From Planctomycetota bacterium (GTDB taxonomy: Bacteria > Planctomycetota > B15-G4 > JADJEK01): a stretch of DNA of 64,000 bases. Positions 1-9,081 of this stretch are shown here, in pieces; position 1 is the stretch's first letter; each line of letters opens with the position of its first letter. The stretch lies in contig JBGAIQ010000011.1 of the NCBI GenBank assembly GCA_044225365.1, positions 1-64,000 of the forward strand, written 5' to 3'. The position numbers and the translations under genes were made by a program. The notes under the pieces were generated by a model. That model was not told the origin of the DNA. It searched no databases and saw nothing but the letters and a program-made list of their open reading frames with translations.

Positions 1-20
1 GGGCGGAGCCCGGCGAGCCG
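1..20. repeat. Partial REP-like palindrome (type A variant) cut by the window edge
   Basis: GGGCGGAGCCCGGCG matches the core of TGCCGGGCGGAGCCCGGCGGTCC seen at 1274, 35991 and 57361. Confidence 0.6.
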
Positions 21-54
21 ACGAGAAAGGCAAGTTGATTTCCCGAGTCCGTTT

Positions 55-348
55 CTAAGCAATCAGATCCACTGCATTCAGGATAGCGAATACGACGAAT
101 GCGTAGGTCGCAAGGATCGCTGCCAAGGCAAGGCGTACGGGGATACGTCTCGCCTCCCATCGTAACCAGGCCCAAAGTCGCGACGCCACCACGACCAGAC
201 TCGCGACGAGCCCGAATACAACGCTCGCCGCGGCCGACTCCGCACGACCGAGAAAGCCGAGCGTCGCGCACGTCACGACTCCCAACGCAGCGACTAGATA
301 CCGCGCTGAAGGGGCCGTTCTGATTTGGCTGCTGAGCGAATTGACCAC
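55..348 (-). CDS. Small hypothetical membrane protein (3 predicted TM helices)
   Basis: 97-aa ORF with three hydrophobic stretches; AAGAG/GAGG next to the GTG start. Confidence 0.55.
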   Translation of the reverse strand: MVNSLSSQIRTAPSARYLVAALGVVTCATLGFLGRAESAAASVVFGLVASLVVVASRLWAWLRWEARRIPVRLALAAILATYAFVVFAILNAVDLIA

Positions 349-505
349 CTCTTGCCGACGTCGCTGGCCCTAACAATGACCCCTCGGGGTCACCACCGAC
401 GATCCGCGATCGAACTCCACGATTGCAACTCGTGATCACATGTCAGTGCGTGTGTTTGGAGCTCGGTTTGATCGCTCACAATTCTTGCGCGTCGCACCTG
501 CCTCG

Positions 506-1042
506 TCAGAATACTCCCCCACTCAGATCCTTCGAACACCATACCTCCTCTACGGTGTTGTACGACAAACCGATTCTCATGAACGCAACCGCGGTCGTCT
601 TCGGCCATTCCTCTGCGGAAGTCGCGATGCCCGCGGCGACCTCGATTTCGTAGATACCACCGTCCAACGTCTTTGTCGCCACGCGCAAGACATAAGCGCC
701 TCGAGCCGAGCGCGCGGTCACCGATCGAATCGCCGACACCGCCGCTGCATCGTCGTTCGACTTCACAGCGACAGCCCCTTGCTGGACTATGTCGGCCCCG
801 GAAGGCGGCATTGGATTGGAAACCACGATGACGATGTCGGATGGATGGTCCGTAACTCGGACGCGATCCGCAAACTTCGACGCGAGAAAAATCTGCAAAC
901 CCTTCCACTCTGCTTCGGAGGGACGATCCGTATCCAGATGGCTCCGCGTTGCGAACGATTGAGCATTCTCCTGGAGTCCACAGCCACAAATCGAGATGGC
1001 GACCGCGATGGCGCAAGCACAGAGACCACCAGCAGACTTCAT
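506..1042 (-). CDS. Hypothetical lipoprotein
   Basis: Start moved to ATG 1042 (MKSAGGLCACAIAVAISICGC, lipobox-like); the longer ORF runs into REP repeats. Confidence 0.55.
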   Translation of the reverse strand: MKSAGGLCACAIAVAISICGCGLQENAQSFATRSHLDTDRPSEAEWKGLQIFLASKFADRVRVTDHPSDIVIVVSNPMPPSGADIVQQGAVAVKSNDDAAAVSAIRSVTARSARGAYVLRVATKTLDGGIYEIEVAAGIATSAEEWPKTTAVAFMRIGLSYNTVEEVWCSKDLSGGVF

Positions 1043-1183
1043 GACCGGAGCCCTCGTGAGAACAGGAAAGCCAGCAGGACGTCGTGCCCGGTTCATCGTC
1101 GGTCCTTTGCGCATGAATCGAATGCGGCTCGGGTCTGGATTTGATTCGTTAGGCCGTCCCGCCCAGTCACGCCTTCCGCAGGC

Positions 1184-1350
1184 GGACCGCCGGGCTCCCG
1201 CCTGGCACTCCTCATCATATGCCGGGCAGAGCCCGGCGGTCCGATGGATGGCCAGGCCACGCTCCTCATGACATGCCGGGCGGAGCCCGGCGGTCCGATG
1301 GATGGCCAGGCCACGCTCCTCATGACATGCCGGGCGGAGCCCGGCGGTCC
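1184..1350. repeat. REP-like cluster: one inverted degenerate copy plus three direct copies at 54-bp period
   Basis: TGCCGGGC(G/A)GAGCCCGGCGGTCC at 1220, 1274 and 1328 with identical spacers; inverted copy at 1184-1207. Confidence 0.85.
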
Positions 1351-1883
1351 GAAGTGCGCGGGTCGGCGTCGCTTCGCAGGCGTGCGTAGAGCCAGGCATC
1401 GATCGCGTTGCCGTTCTTCACCACGGCCTGTCGCATCCGCGCTTCGACGGCGAACCCCGCCTTCTCGAGCACGCGGCGCGAGGCGGGATTGCCGTCGAAC
1501 ACCAGCGCCTCGAGGCGAAGCAGACCCTTCGTCGCGAAGAGCCACGGCGCGAAGGCGCGCAGTGCGTCCGTCGCGATCCCGCGTCCCCAGTACTCGCGGC
1601 CGAGCCAATACCCGACCTCCGCGGTGAAGCGGTGCACGTTGCACTTCTCCGTGAATCCGATGCCCCCCGCGAACGCGCCGTCGACCTCGATCGCGAAGTT
1701 CGAAGCGGGATCCTGGGTCGCGACGAAGTCGAGCCAAGATCGCGCGTCGCTCAGCGTGTACGGATTCGGGAATCCGTCGCGCAGGTGGCTCGCGATGCTC
1801 TTGTCATCGCCCTGCCGAGCGAGAGCTTCGAGATCGCTTTCGCGATAGGGGCGAACGAGGCACGAGTCGGCGTCGACGATCAT
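1320..1883 (-). CDS. GNAT N-acetyltransferase, RimJ/RimL family
   Basis: AEVGYWLGREYWGRGIAT and NPASRRVLEKAGF motifs. Confidence 0.9.
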   Translation of the reverse strand: MIVDADSCLVRPYRESDLEALARQGDDKSIASHLRDGFPNPYTLSDARSWLDFVATQDPASNFAIEVDGAFAGGIGFTEKCNVHRFTAEVGYWLGREYWGRGIATDALRAFAPWLFATKGLLRLEALVFDGNPASRRVLEKAGFAVEARMRQAVVKNGNAIDAWLYARLRSDADPRTSDRRAPPGMS

Positions 1884-1916
1884 CGCCGTACTTCACGGCA
1901 TGCGACTCGAAGCGAC

Positions 1917-1952
1917 AAAAGAAAAAGGCCGCCAGAGCGTTCCCTGGCGGCC
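1917..1952 (-). terminator. Rho-independent terminator downstream of the sigma-28 gene
   Basis: GGCCGCCAG-8nt-CTGGCGGCC hairpin followed by TTTTTCTTTT on the minus strand. Confidence 0.8.
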
Positions 1953-2111
1953 GCCTCCCACGGCGACCCGATCTTTGGGATCGAATCCACCGCCATGATC
2001 GACATTGCGATCGCTCCGCCGCGCCGCAACCGATTGGGCCGCGTGCGGAGCGAAGAGATCAGTGACCGCCGAACTGCCAGTTCATCGGTTCCTTCCTGTT
2101 CTCACGCGGGC

Positions 2112-2900
2112 TCACGGAGCGACTTCTTTGTACAGCCGTTGGCGCAGACGGCTGATCAGCTCGGTGTGCATCTGCGAGATGCGCGACTCCGAGAGCCGAA
2201 GGGCCGTCCCGATGTGCTTGAACGTGTGTTGATCCTGGTAGACGCTGCGAACGATCGTCCGCTCGCGCTTGCTCAGGTTCGAGTCGACGAGCTGCGCGAG
2301 CTCGCGGCGATGCACCTGCTCGGGCGGCGTCGGCACGGCGTCGATCGGCTCGCTGCGCGACTTCCACCCATCGAGCGACTCCGAGTCGTTCGAGTTGAAG
2401 AGCGGATCGAGCGAGACGTGCGACGCGAACGTGCTGTCGAGCGCCACCTCGCGCAGAACGGCGAGCGACACCCCCATCGCGGTCGCGACCTCCCACGGAG
2501 ACGGATCGCGTCCGAGCTCCTCGCGGAGCGCGCGCGCGCAGCGGCGCATCTCGTCGGTGCGGTCGCGAGCCTCGCGCGGCAGTGCGTCCTGCCGGCGGAG
2601 TTCGTCGAGCATCGATCCGTTGATGCGCTTCTTCGCGTAGATCTCGAACTTCACGTTGCGCGTCGGATCGAAGTGCTCGACCGCGTTCATGAGTCCGATG
2701 AAGCCCGCGCCACGCAGATCGTCGAGATCGATGCACCGCGGGAGCCGGCTCGCGAGCTTCGCCGCGAGACCGCGCACGAGCGGGAGGTACGTCTCCACGA
2801 GTTCGTTTCGCAGCTTCGTTTCGCGCGTCTGGAAGTAGCGCCGCCAGCGCCCTTCGATTCGGTCCTTGCGCGTCCACTTGCGCCGAGTTGCCGTCGTCAT
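2112..2900 (-). CDS. fliA: FliA/WhiG-family (sigma-28) RNA polymerase sigma factor
   Basis: RNELVETYLPLV, DLDDL..AG.IGL.NAVEHFDP, RINGSMLDELRRQD, SESRISQMH; start reassigned to MTTATRR after GGTGG. Confidence 0.85.
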   Translation of the reverse strand: MTTATRRKWTRKDRIEGRWRRYFQTRETKLRNELVETYLPLVRGLAAKLASRLPRCIDLDDLRGAGFIGLMNAVEHFDPTRNVKFEIYAKKRINGSMLDELRRQDALPREARDRTDEMRRCARALREELGRDPSPWEVATAMGVSLAVLREVALDSTFASHVSLDPLFNSNDSESLDGWKSRSEPIDAVPTPPEQVHRRELAQLVDSNLSKRERTIVRSVYQDQHTFKHIGTALRLSESRISQMHTELISRLRQRLYKEVAP

Positions 2901-3124
2901 GTCCACCATCACATGAACGGGCGAACCACAATGCCTGTGGTTCGAGCGAATTCGAAGCACCACAAGTAGTGCCTCGATGGGTTCGAATTTATAACTCTTC
3001 GCGAGCCGAAGGTGGTGGGAAAAGTCGCCACGAAGTTGCGACGACTGCAGGTGATGCGCGGACGTTTCGCGGCCGCATCGATCGGCCGCGAGTCGATGCC
3101 GGAGCCGTGGAGAGCTCGCGAGAC

Positions 3125-4855
3125 TCAGCGCGGCGCGGCGGCGCAGCCCGAAAGGCGATCGTCCGCGAACGCGAAGAGCTCGCCGTTCTCGCGCGCGATC
3201 ACGTGACAATCGCCGATGCGCGGCACGGCCTCGAGCGTGTGATGCATCGTGCGCAGTTGCGTGAGCACCGGCTCGCCCGCGCGCTCCTCGATCCTCGTGA
3301 CGTCGGGATAGAGCGCGTGATGCACCCGCGCCGCTTCGAGCGCCGCGCGCGGCGATGCTCCGCGATCGACGATCGCGGTGAGGACGCGCAGCACCGTCGA
3401 TGGAATCGTGCGACCGCCAGGCGTTCCGGCGACGAGGAGAAGGGCGCCGTCCTTCGTCACGATGACGGGACACATCGACGAGAGCATGCGTTGCCCCGGC
3501 CGAATCGTGTTGGGCTCGGTGCCGATGCGTCCCTTGCGCGTGCTCGATCCCGGCTTCGGATTGAAGTCGCCCATCTCGTCGTTGAGGACGATGCCCGTGC
3601 CCTCCGCGACGATCTTGCTGCCCCACGATTGCTCGAGCGTATACGTGTTCGAAACGGCGTTTCCAGAGGCATCGACGATCGAGAAGTGCGTGGTGTGCTC
3701 GGCTTCGGGAGGAAGCGTCGCCGCGAGCGGCGCGCCGAACCGTGCGACGAGTTCGTCCGACGGCGTCGCGCGATCGCGCACGATCGAGCTCGCGAGTTCG
3801 TCGCCCCGCGCCTTCCCGATCAATCGCTCGATCGGCACGTTCGCGAAGGCGGGGTCGGCGAGCAGGACGTTGCGATCGATGAAGGCGCGCTGCGTCGCAC
3901 TCGACAGGAGATGCAGTTCCTCGGCACTGCCGAACGCGACGCTCTCGAATCCGCTGGCATCGAGCTGGTTCAACGACTCGATGAGGACCTGACCGCCGCT
4001 CGACGGCGGCGGCGCGGCGAGGATGTCGCAACCGTGATGCTTCGCCTTCAACGGCTCGCGGCGGATCGCGCGATAGTTCTGGAAGTCGTCGAGCGTGAGG
4101 ATGCCGCCGCGCGCGCGCGAATCGGCGACGATCTGCTGCGCGATCTCACCGCGATAGAACGCCTTCGCGCCGTCCTTCGCGATTCTCGCGAGCGTGCGCG
4201 CGAGATCGGGTTGAAGCAGTTTCTCTCCCTCGCGCAACGGCGATCCATCGGAATGCAGGAAGAGGCTCGCGGCCGCCGCATTCTTCGCGAGGATCGGAGC
4301 GACTTCGCGGATCGAGTCCTCGAGACTCTTCGACACGACGAATCCGAACCGAGCGAGCCGGATCGCGGGCGCGAGCAGATCGCTCCACGGCAGCTTGCCG
4401 TACTTCTCGTGCGCGAGCGCGAGTCCCGCCACCGTGCCGGGGATGCCGACGCCGCGATAGCTGTGATCGATCGCTTCGTCGTCGACATTGCCGTCCTCCT
4501 TCAGGAACATCCACGGTGACGCGCCTTGCGGCGCGACCTCGCGGTAGTCGATGAAGTCGGAGCTTCCGTCGGACAGGCGCACGAGCATGAAACCGCCGCC
4601 GCCGATGTTGCCCGCGGACGGCCAGGTCACCGCGAGCGCGAACGCGGTCGCGACCGCCGCATCGACGGCGTTGCCGCCTTCGCCGAGGATCTCGGCTCCC
4701 GCGATCGCGGCGTTCGTCTCTACGCAGACGACGGCGCCCGCGGCCGCGCCGACCTCTCTTCCCGAAGTCACGCCGACAGTCGAGCAGCCGAGGGCCCCAA
4801 TCGACACGAGAGACAGGGCGACGAGGATCGAGAATCTGGTTACGATTCCATGCAT
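3125..4855 (-). CDS. ggt: Gamma-glutamyltransferase (exported)
   Basis: GGNAVDAAVA, GNIGGGGF, DYRE.AP, catalytic TTHFS, LNDEMGDF, RMLSSMCP, GTPGG. Confidence 0.95.
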   Translation of the reverse strand: MHGIVTRFSILVALSLVSIGALGCSTVGVTSGREVGAAAGAVVCVETNAAIAGAEILGEGGNAVDAAVATAFALAVTWPSAGNIGGGGFMLVRLSDGSSDFIDYREVAPQGASPWMFLKEDGNVDDEAIDHSYRGVGIPGTVAGLALAHEKYGKLPWSDLLAPAIRLARFGFVVSKSLEDSIREVAPILAKNAAAASLFLHSDGSPLREGEKLLQPDLARTLARIAKDGAKAFYRGEIAQQIVADSRARGGILTLDDFQNYRAIRREPLKAKHHGCDILAAPPPSSGGQVLIESLNQLDASGFESVAFGSAEELHLLSSATQRAFIDRNVLLADPAFANVPIERLIGKARGDELASSIVRDRATPSDELVARFGAPLAATLPPEAEHTTHFSIVDASGNAVSNTYTLEQSWGSKIVAEGTGIVLNDEMGDFNPKPGSSTRKGRIGTEPNTIRPGQRMLSSMCPVIVTKDGALLLVAGTPGGRTIPSTVLRVLTAIVDRGASPRAALEAARVHHALYPDVTRIEERAGEPVLTQLRTMHHTLEAVPRIGDCHVIARENGELFAFADDRLSGCAAAPR

Positions 4856-4913
4856 CCGCGAACTCCTGCTTCGACGGCCGTTGCGAGGCGCGCACTTCAC
4901 CGAGGTCTTCATC

Positions 4914-6509
4914 ATGATGCCAACCGCTTCGATCCTCCGCTTCAGCTTTGCCTTCGGAGTCCTGACCGCGACCGCGCTTTGCGGCGATTGGCCGAACTCG
5001 GGCGGCAACGCCGGGCGCAACGCACGCAGCACGGAGCAAGGACCCGCGACGCCCGCGCTGCTGTGGTCGTCGTCTTCATCGTCGATCATCGCGTGGCAGC
5101 CGGTCGTCGCCGGGTCGCGCGTCTTCCAGGTGCGCCAGACCGGTTTCCCACCGGCCGGTGAGCCGAACGGTTCGCCGATCGTCTGCCAGGACCTGAACAC
5201 CGGCGCCCAATTGTGGAAGGTGAACATCCCGTTCAATCCGAACGACTGGACGACGTTCGTCGCGGGCACCAGCAACGGCCTGGTCTACGCGTCGCGCGCG
5301 GGCAACGGCGGGAGCGTCGCGGCCAAGCTCTACGCGCTCGATCAGGCGACGGGCAACGTCGTTTGGGTCTCGCAGGACGTGATCAAGACGGGCGCGTACG
5401 ACGGCGTCGTCTTCGCGCCGAATGGAGATCCGATCGTCGCGTGGCACCAGAAGATCCTGCGCATCCGCGCAAGCGATGGCCTCACCTTGTGGTCGACGAG
5501 CCGATTGGGTTCGGTGTCCGGCAACTGCGGACCCGCGGTGCACGGCGATGCCGTGTACATCGCCGACGCCGCCGTCGGCGGCCACGTCATCAAGAAGCTC
5601 TCCCTCGCGACCGGCGCGTTGCTCTACTCGAGCCCGGTGATGACGGGGTTCACGTTGCAGAACACTCCCTTCGTCGGTCCCGACGGAACGATCTACCTCT
5701 CGCGCACGCAGAACAACGTGATCACCGACTTCTTCTACGCGTTCACCGACACGGGGAGCGCGCTCGTGGAGAAATGGCACGTGCCCGCGGGTTGGTCGAC
5801 GGGCTCCGAGTTCGGGATCGGACCCGATGGCTCGGTCTACATGCTCTCGCCGGCCTTCACGATCGATCGGCTCGATCCCTCGAACGGCGCCGTGCTGAAT
5901 TCTTCGCTCGCGCTCGGCTCCGGCGTGAATCCGCGCTTCGCGATCGACTGCGACGGCAAGGTGTTCTTCAGCAACGGTGCGTTCTCCAACGGCACGCTGT
6001 ACTCGTTCAACGCCGATCTTTCGCTGCGTTGGAGCGTCGCGGTGCCCAACATCAACATCGGCGGACCGGTGCTCGGCAAGGACGGAACGCTCGTGGTCTC
6101 CGGCATCGGGACGAACGTGCGCGCCTATCGCACGAACTCCGCGTGGAAGGATCTCGGCTTCGCGATGAACGGCACGCTCGGCAAGCCGACGCTCTGCGGT
6201 AGTTCGCCCTTGACCGCCGGCTCGAACACGACATTGCTCCTCGAGTACGCGCGACCGAACAGCTCGTTCTTCCTCTTCATCGGCGCGTCGCAGGCGAACC
6301 TGCCCTTGCTCTCGGGAACGCTCGTCCCGTCGCCCGACATCGTCTTTGGACCGCTTCCCACCGGGCCGCAGGGTATCCTCGCCTTGAGTTCCACCTGGCC
6401 CGCCGGAGTGCCGAGCGGCACGACGTTGTACTTCCAGGACTTCATCGCCGATCCGGTCGGACTCTTCGGCGCGGCGGCGAGCAACGCGCTCTCCGCGACG
6501 ACGCCGTAG
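4914..6509 (+). CDS. Secreted PQQ-like/BamB-type beta-propeller protein with a conserved C-terminal domain
   Basis: Signal peptide, DWPNSGGN start, repeated ALD..TG...W blades; C-terminal domain homologous to that of 24887..26470. Confidence 0.8.
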   Translation: MMPTASILRFSFAFGVLTATALCGDWPNSGGNAGRNARSTEQGPATPALLWSSSSSSIIAWQPVVAGSRVFQVRQTGFPPAGEPNGSPIVCQDLNTGAQLWKVNIPFNPNDWTTFVAGTSNGLVYASRAGNGGSVAAKLYALDQATGNVVWVSQDVIKTGAYDGVVFAPNGDPIVAWHQKILRIRASDGLTLWSTSRLGSVSGNCGPAVHGDAVYIADAAVGGHVIKKLSLATGALLYSSPVMTGFTLQNTPFVGPDGTIYLSRTQNNVITDFFYAFTDTGSALVEKWHVPAGWSTGSEFGIGPDGSVYMLSPAFTIDRLDPSNGAVLNSSLALGSGVNPRFAIDCDGKVFFSNGAFSNGTLYSFNADLSLRWSVAVPNINIGGPVLGKDGTLVVSGIGTNVRAYRTNSAWKDLGFAMNGTLGKPTLCGSSPLTAGSNTTLLLEYARPNSSFFLFIGASQANLPLLSGTLVPSPDIVFGPLPTGPQGILALSSTWPAGVPSGTTLYFQDFIADPVGLFGAAASNALSATTP

Positions 6510-6586
6510 TCGCGGATCCCATCTCGCGAAGTCGGGCCGTTGCGTTTACACTCCCCCGCGGAAAATCGTCTCCGGGAGAGTCGGTG

Positions 6587-7363
6587 ATGCAGCGCCTTGC
6601 CCTCGTCGTTCTGCTGTTCGTTTCGGCGTTCTTCTCGAGCGGCGCTGCAGCGCCAAGCGGCTCGTGCGCGCTCTGCACCGATGGATTCATCGCGTGCGCG
6701 CGCTGCGACGGGAAGGGTGTCTGCGAGACGGAGTGCTCCCGATGCAACGGCATGGGCACGATTCGCTGCGTCTTCTGCGGCGGTGAAGGCTCTTGGAACT
6801 GTCCCGCGTGCGTGAATGGGCAGGTGCACTGGCAGGGCGGCGACAAGGACTCGTGCAAGATGTGCGGCGCGACCGGCCGCATCACGTGCTCGGGCTGCAC
6901 CGGCTCGAAGCGTCTCGCCTGTCCGAAGTGCAACAAGACTCGCAAGGTGAAGGAACCGTGCTTCGCCTGCCTCGGACGCGGCGTCTTCCCCTGCCCCACC
7001 TGCAAGTCGCAGACATGCAAGGTCTGCTCCAACACGCACGAGATCGAGTGCATCTACTGCCGGGGCACGGCGCGCCTCGAGGAAACCTGTGAGAAATGCC
7101 TGGGCACCAAGCTGCGCTTCTGCGGCCAGTGCAACGTCGCGGGCCGCATCATGTGCACGAAGTGCCATGGCTCCGGGAAGGTCCGCTTCGTCACCGAACA
7201 GGGATCGAAGGCGGGCCAGCAGACTTGCGACACCTGCGGCGGCAAGGGCTTCACGAAGTGTGGGACGTGCAAGAACGGGCTCATCGCATGTCTCGAGGAG
7301 CCCGACTTCGAGACCTGCGACGGCTGCGTGAAGGGCTCGATCCCTTGTCCGGCGTGCAAGTGA
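6587..7363 (+). CDS. Secreted Cys-rich protein with DnaJ-type CxxCxGxG repeats
   Basis: GGGAGAG RBS, signal peptide, about 19 CxxC motifs, many as CxxCxGxG. Confidence 0.85.
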   Translation: MQRLALVVLLFVSAFFSSGAAAPSGSCALCTDGFIACARCDGKGVCETECSRCNGMGTIRCVFCGGEGSWNCPACVNGQVHWQGGDKDSCKMCGATGRITCSGCTGSKRLACPKCNKTRKVKEPCFACLGRGVFPCPTCKSQTCKVCSNTHEIECIYCRGTARLEETCEKCLGTKLRFCGQCNVAGRIMCTKCHGSGKVRFVTEQGSKAGQQTCDTCGGKGFTKCGTCKNGLIACLEEPDFETCDGCVKGSIPCPACK

Positions 7364-7496
7364 TGGGCACGTGAGCGAGGTCGCTGCGCGCGATGCGCAC
7401 GCGAGTGGCGCAGGTCGTATTGGCGAATAGAATCGCGAAATTGCTTCGGGGAACTAAACCGTTGCCTCGCTCCGCGAATCCATCGGAGACGCCCTC

Positions 7497-7805
7497 ATGT
7501 TCGTGCTTGCTCGCTCCAGCGCCCGGGTGTTCGCATCGATCGGTTCTTGCCGACGATCGAGATCGGCGTTCGTGATTGGTATCGCGCTGGCGACGAGCTT
7601 CATCCCCAGCTGGGCTGACTCCGAGATCGGCGCCCGCGCGAGCGCCCCGGCGCTGCCCCCAAGGCGTGTGCCCGACGGCATCCGCGACATCATGCACTGC
7701 TCCAGTTTCCGTGCGGATGTTGAAGCGGTTGGTCGTGTGCTCGTAGGACCTTCGTCGTCCGGGCGATTCGCCGAGGATCGTCGCGGCGAGCATGCAATGA
7801 CGTGA
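7497..7805 (+). CDS. Short hypothetical or truncated secreted protein
   Basis: GGAGA RBS and signal-peptide-like FVIGIALATSFIPSWA; the remainder is unrecognisable. Confidence 0.3.
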   Translation: MFVLARSSARVFASIGSCRRSRSAFVIGIALATSFIPSWADSEIGARASAPALPPRRVPDGIRDIMHCSSFRADVEAVGRVLVGPSSSGRFAEDRRGEHAMT

Positions 7806-8293
7806 CGCGTTGCAGGGGCGAGCCCCGATAAGGGACCGCGTCGCCCACCGATCCGCGCGCTTCCGCCTCCCCCTCGCGGGTAACTTGGCTTCATCGTCGG
7901 ATCTCCTCTCCGACTCTTCTTCCTGAGTCGCCTCGTCGATCCTCCTCGCCTGCGCACTTCTCGCTCGGCCTCGGTATCCAAGATAATCGTGGGCTCTTAT
8001 TTAGTTGAATCCGACCTTATCGAGATCCGAAACTCACGGGTCGAGGAATCTCGTCGAACCGTCAAGCAACCGTATAGATTCACCGAGAGCGTTGAAATGC
8101 GTGCGCGAGAACTTCTCATAGTCCCCGCTATCGGCGGCTTCGACCTTCCCGATAGAGAGGGGCCAGAGGCGGCCGCCTTCGCAGCTTCTGAGTCGGAGGT
8201 TGAGGGGCGCCGCATAGCCAGCGCTTCGATCGAGTGCCGACTATACCAAACGTGTAAAGAAGAGCGAGAACTCAGAATGTTGGTAGCGCGCTG

Positions 8294-8953
8294 CTATCTC
8301 TGCCCGACGTAGACATCGGATCCCTGCGAAACCCTCATGGGCGCGCTCGTCTCGATCAGACGAGAGCGAATTTGATTGACTGTGAGCCAGGGCTCCTGGG
8401 ACCCCTCGTTACCGTTGTCAACCACACCGGTGAGCCCCCCAACAGAATCGAGGAAGGCGGTTGTCGAGCCGCCATGAAGGGTGGGCTTGAATTCGGTGAA
8501 CTGGGCCTGATCGAGCGCAGCAGCAAGCGTCGCCACCGCCCAACGCACCGTTTCATCGTTTACTTTACACACGCGGTACGGAGGACCGCCGAACACATCA
8601 TCCCCAAAGAAAACCGTGCCATCCTCCCAGAGCGCAAAATCGATGCGTCGCCACTTCTCGTTGCCGCCAATTCGCGACGCCATCAGCCCCGTTCGGAGCA
8701 CTCCAAGCACCGCCTGCTTACTGACTCCAGCCAGCAACGTCCGAACTTCCGCGTCGACATCGTGAATTGCCTTTACCGAAACCTTTACGGGCGCACTCGC
8801 GTCGGACTCGGATGGCGCCGGTGGCGGCTCTTTCTCTTCGGCATGGGAAGGGGAGCGCGACTCGGATGGCGCAATATCACGTGCTCCGCCGCACGAGACA
8901 ATCGCCAGCGACACTCCGATGGCGACCAAAATGGGCTTGAGTGGAAACGCCAT
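8294..8953 (-). CDS. Hypothetical lipoprotein
   Basis: MAFPLKPILVAIGVSLAIVSC lipobox-like, Pro-rich linker; lower-GC segment. Confidence 0.55.
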   Translation of the reverse strand: MAFPLKPILVAIGVSLAIVSCGGARDIAPSESRSPSHAEEKEPPPAPSESDASAPVKVSVKAIHDVDAEVRTLLAGVSKQAVLGVLRTGLMASRIGGNEKWRRIDFALWEDGTVFFGDDVFGGPPYRVCKVNDETVRWAVATLAAALDQAQFTEFKPTLHGGSTTAFLDSVGGLTGVVDNGNEGSQEPWLTVNQIRSRLIETSAPMRVSQGSDVYVGQR

Positions 8954-9081
8954 ACACTTTCCTTGCCATCGCCGACAATTCGGCTCGATTGTCCAAATCA
9001 GGGCTGCCGGGACGAAACGGCCCATTTCCACGACGCGACCCAGGCCTTTACAACCGTTACGCCCTTGCCCCGGAACCTCAC

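Noticed and set aside
1220-1350. CRISPR array (also considered at 31811-31896, 35900-36079 and 57361-57508)
   Set aside because: Spacers are identical or very short, orientations are mixed, copies are dispersed, and there are no cas genes; this fits REP elements.
6587-7363. Multiheme cytochrome c
   Set aside because: Only one CxxCH; the motifs are CxxCxGxG zinc-finger type.
7407-7445. Sigma-54 promoter (TGGCG...GC)
   Set aside because: The GG-to-GC spacing does not match the strict -24/-12 spacing.
7997-8296. TAG read-through extending the 8294 lipoprotein
   Set aside because: The downstream frame is open but Ser/Arg-rich with no recognisable domain or recoding signal.
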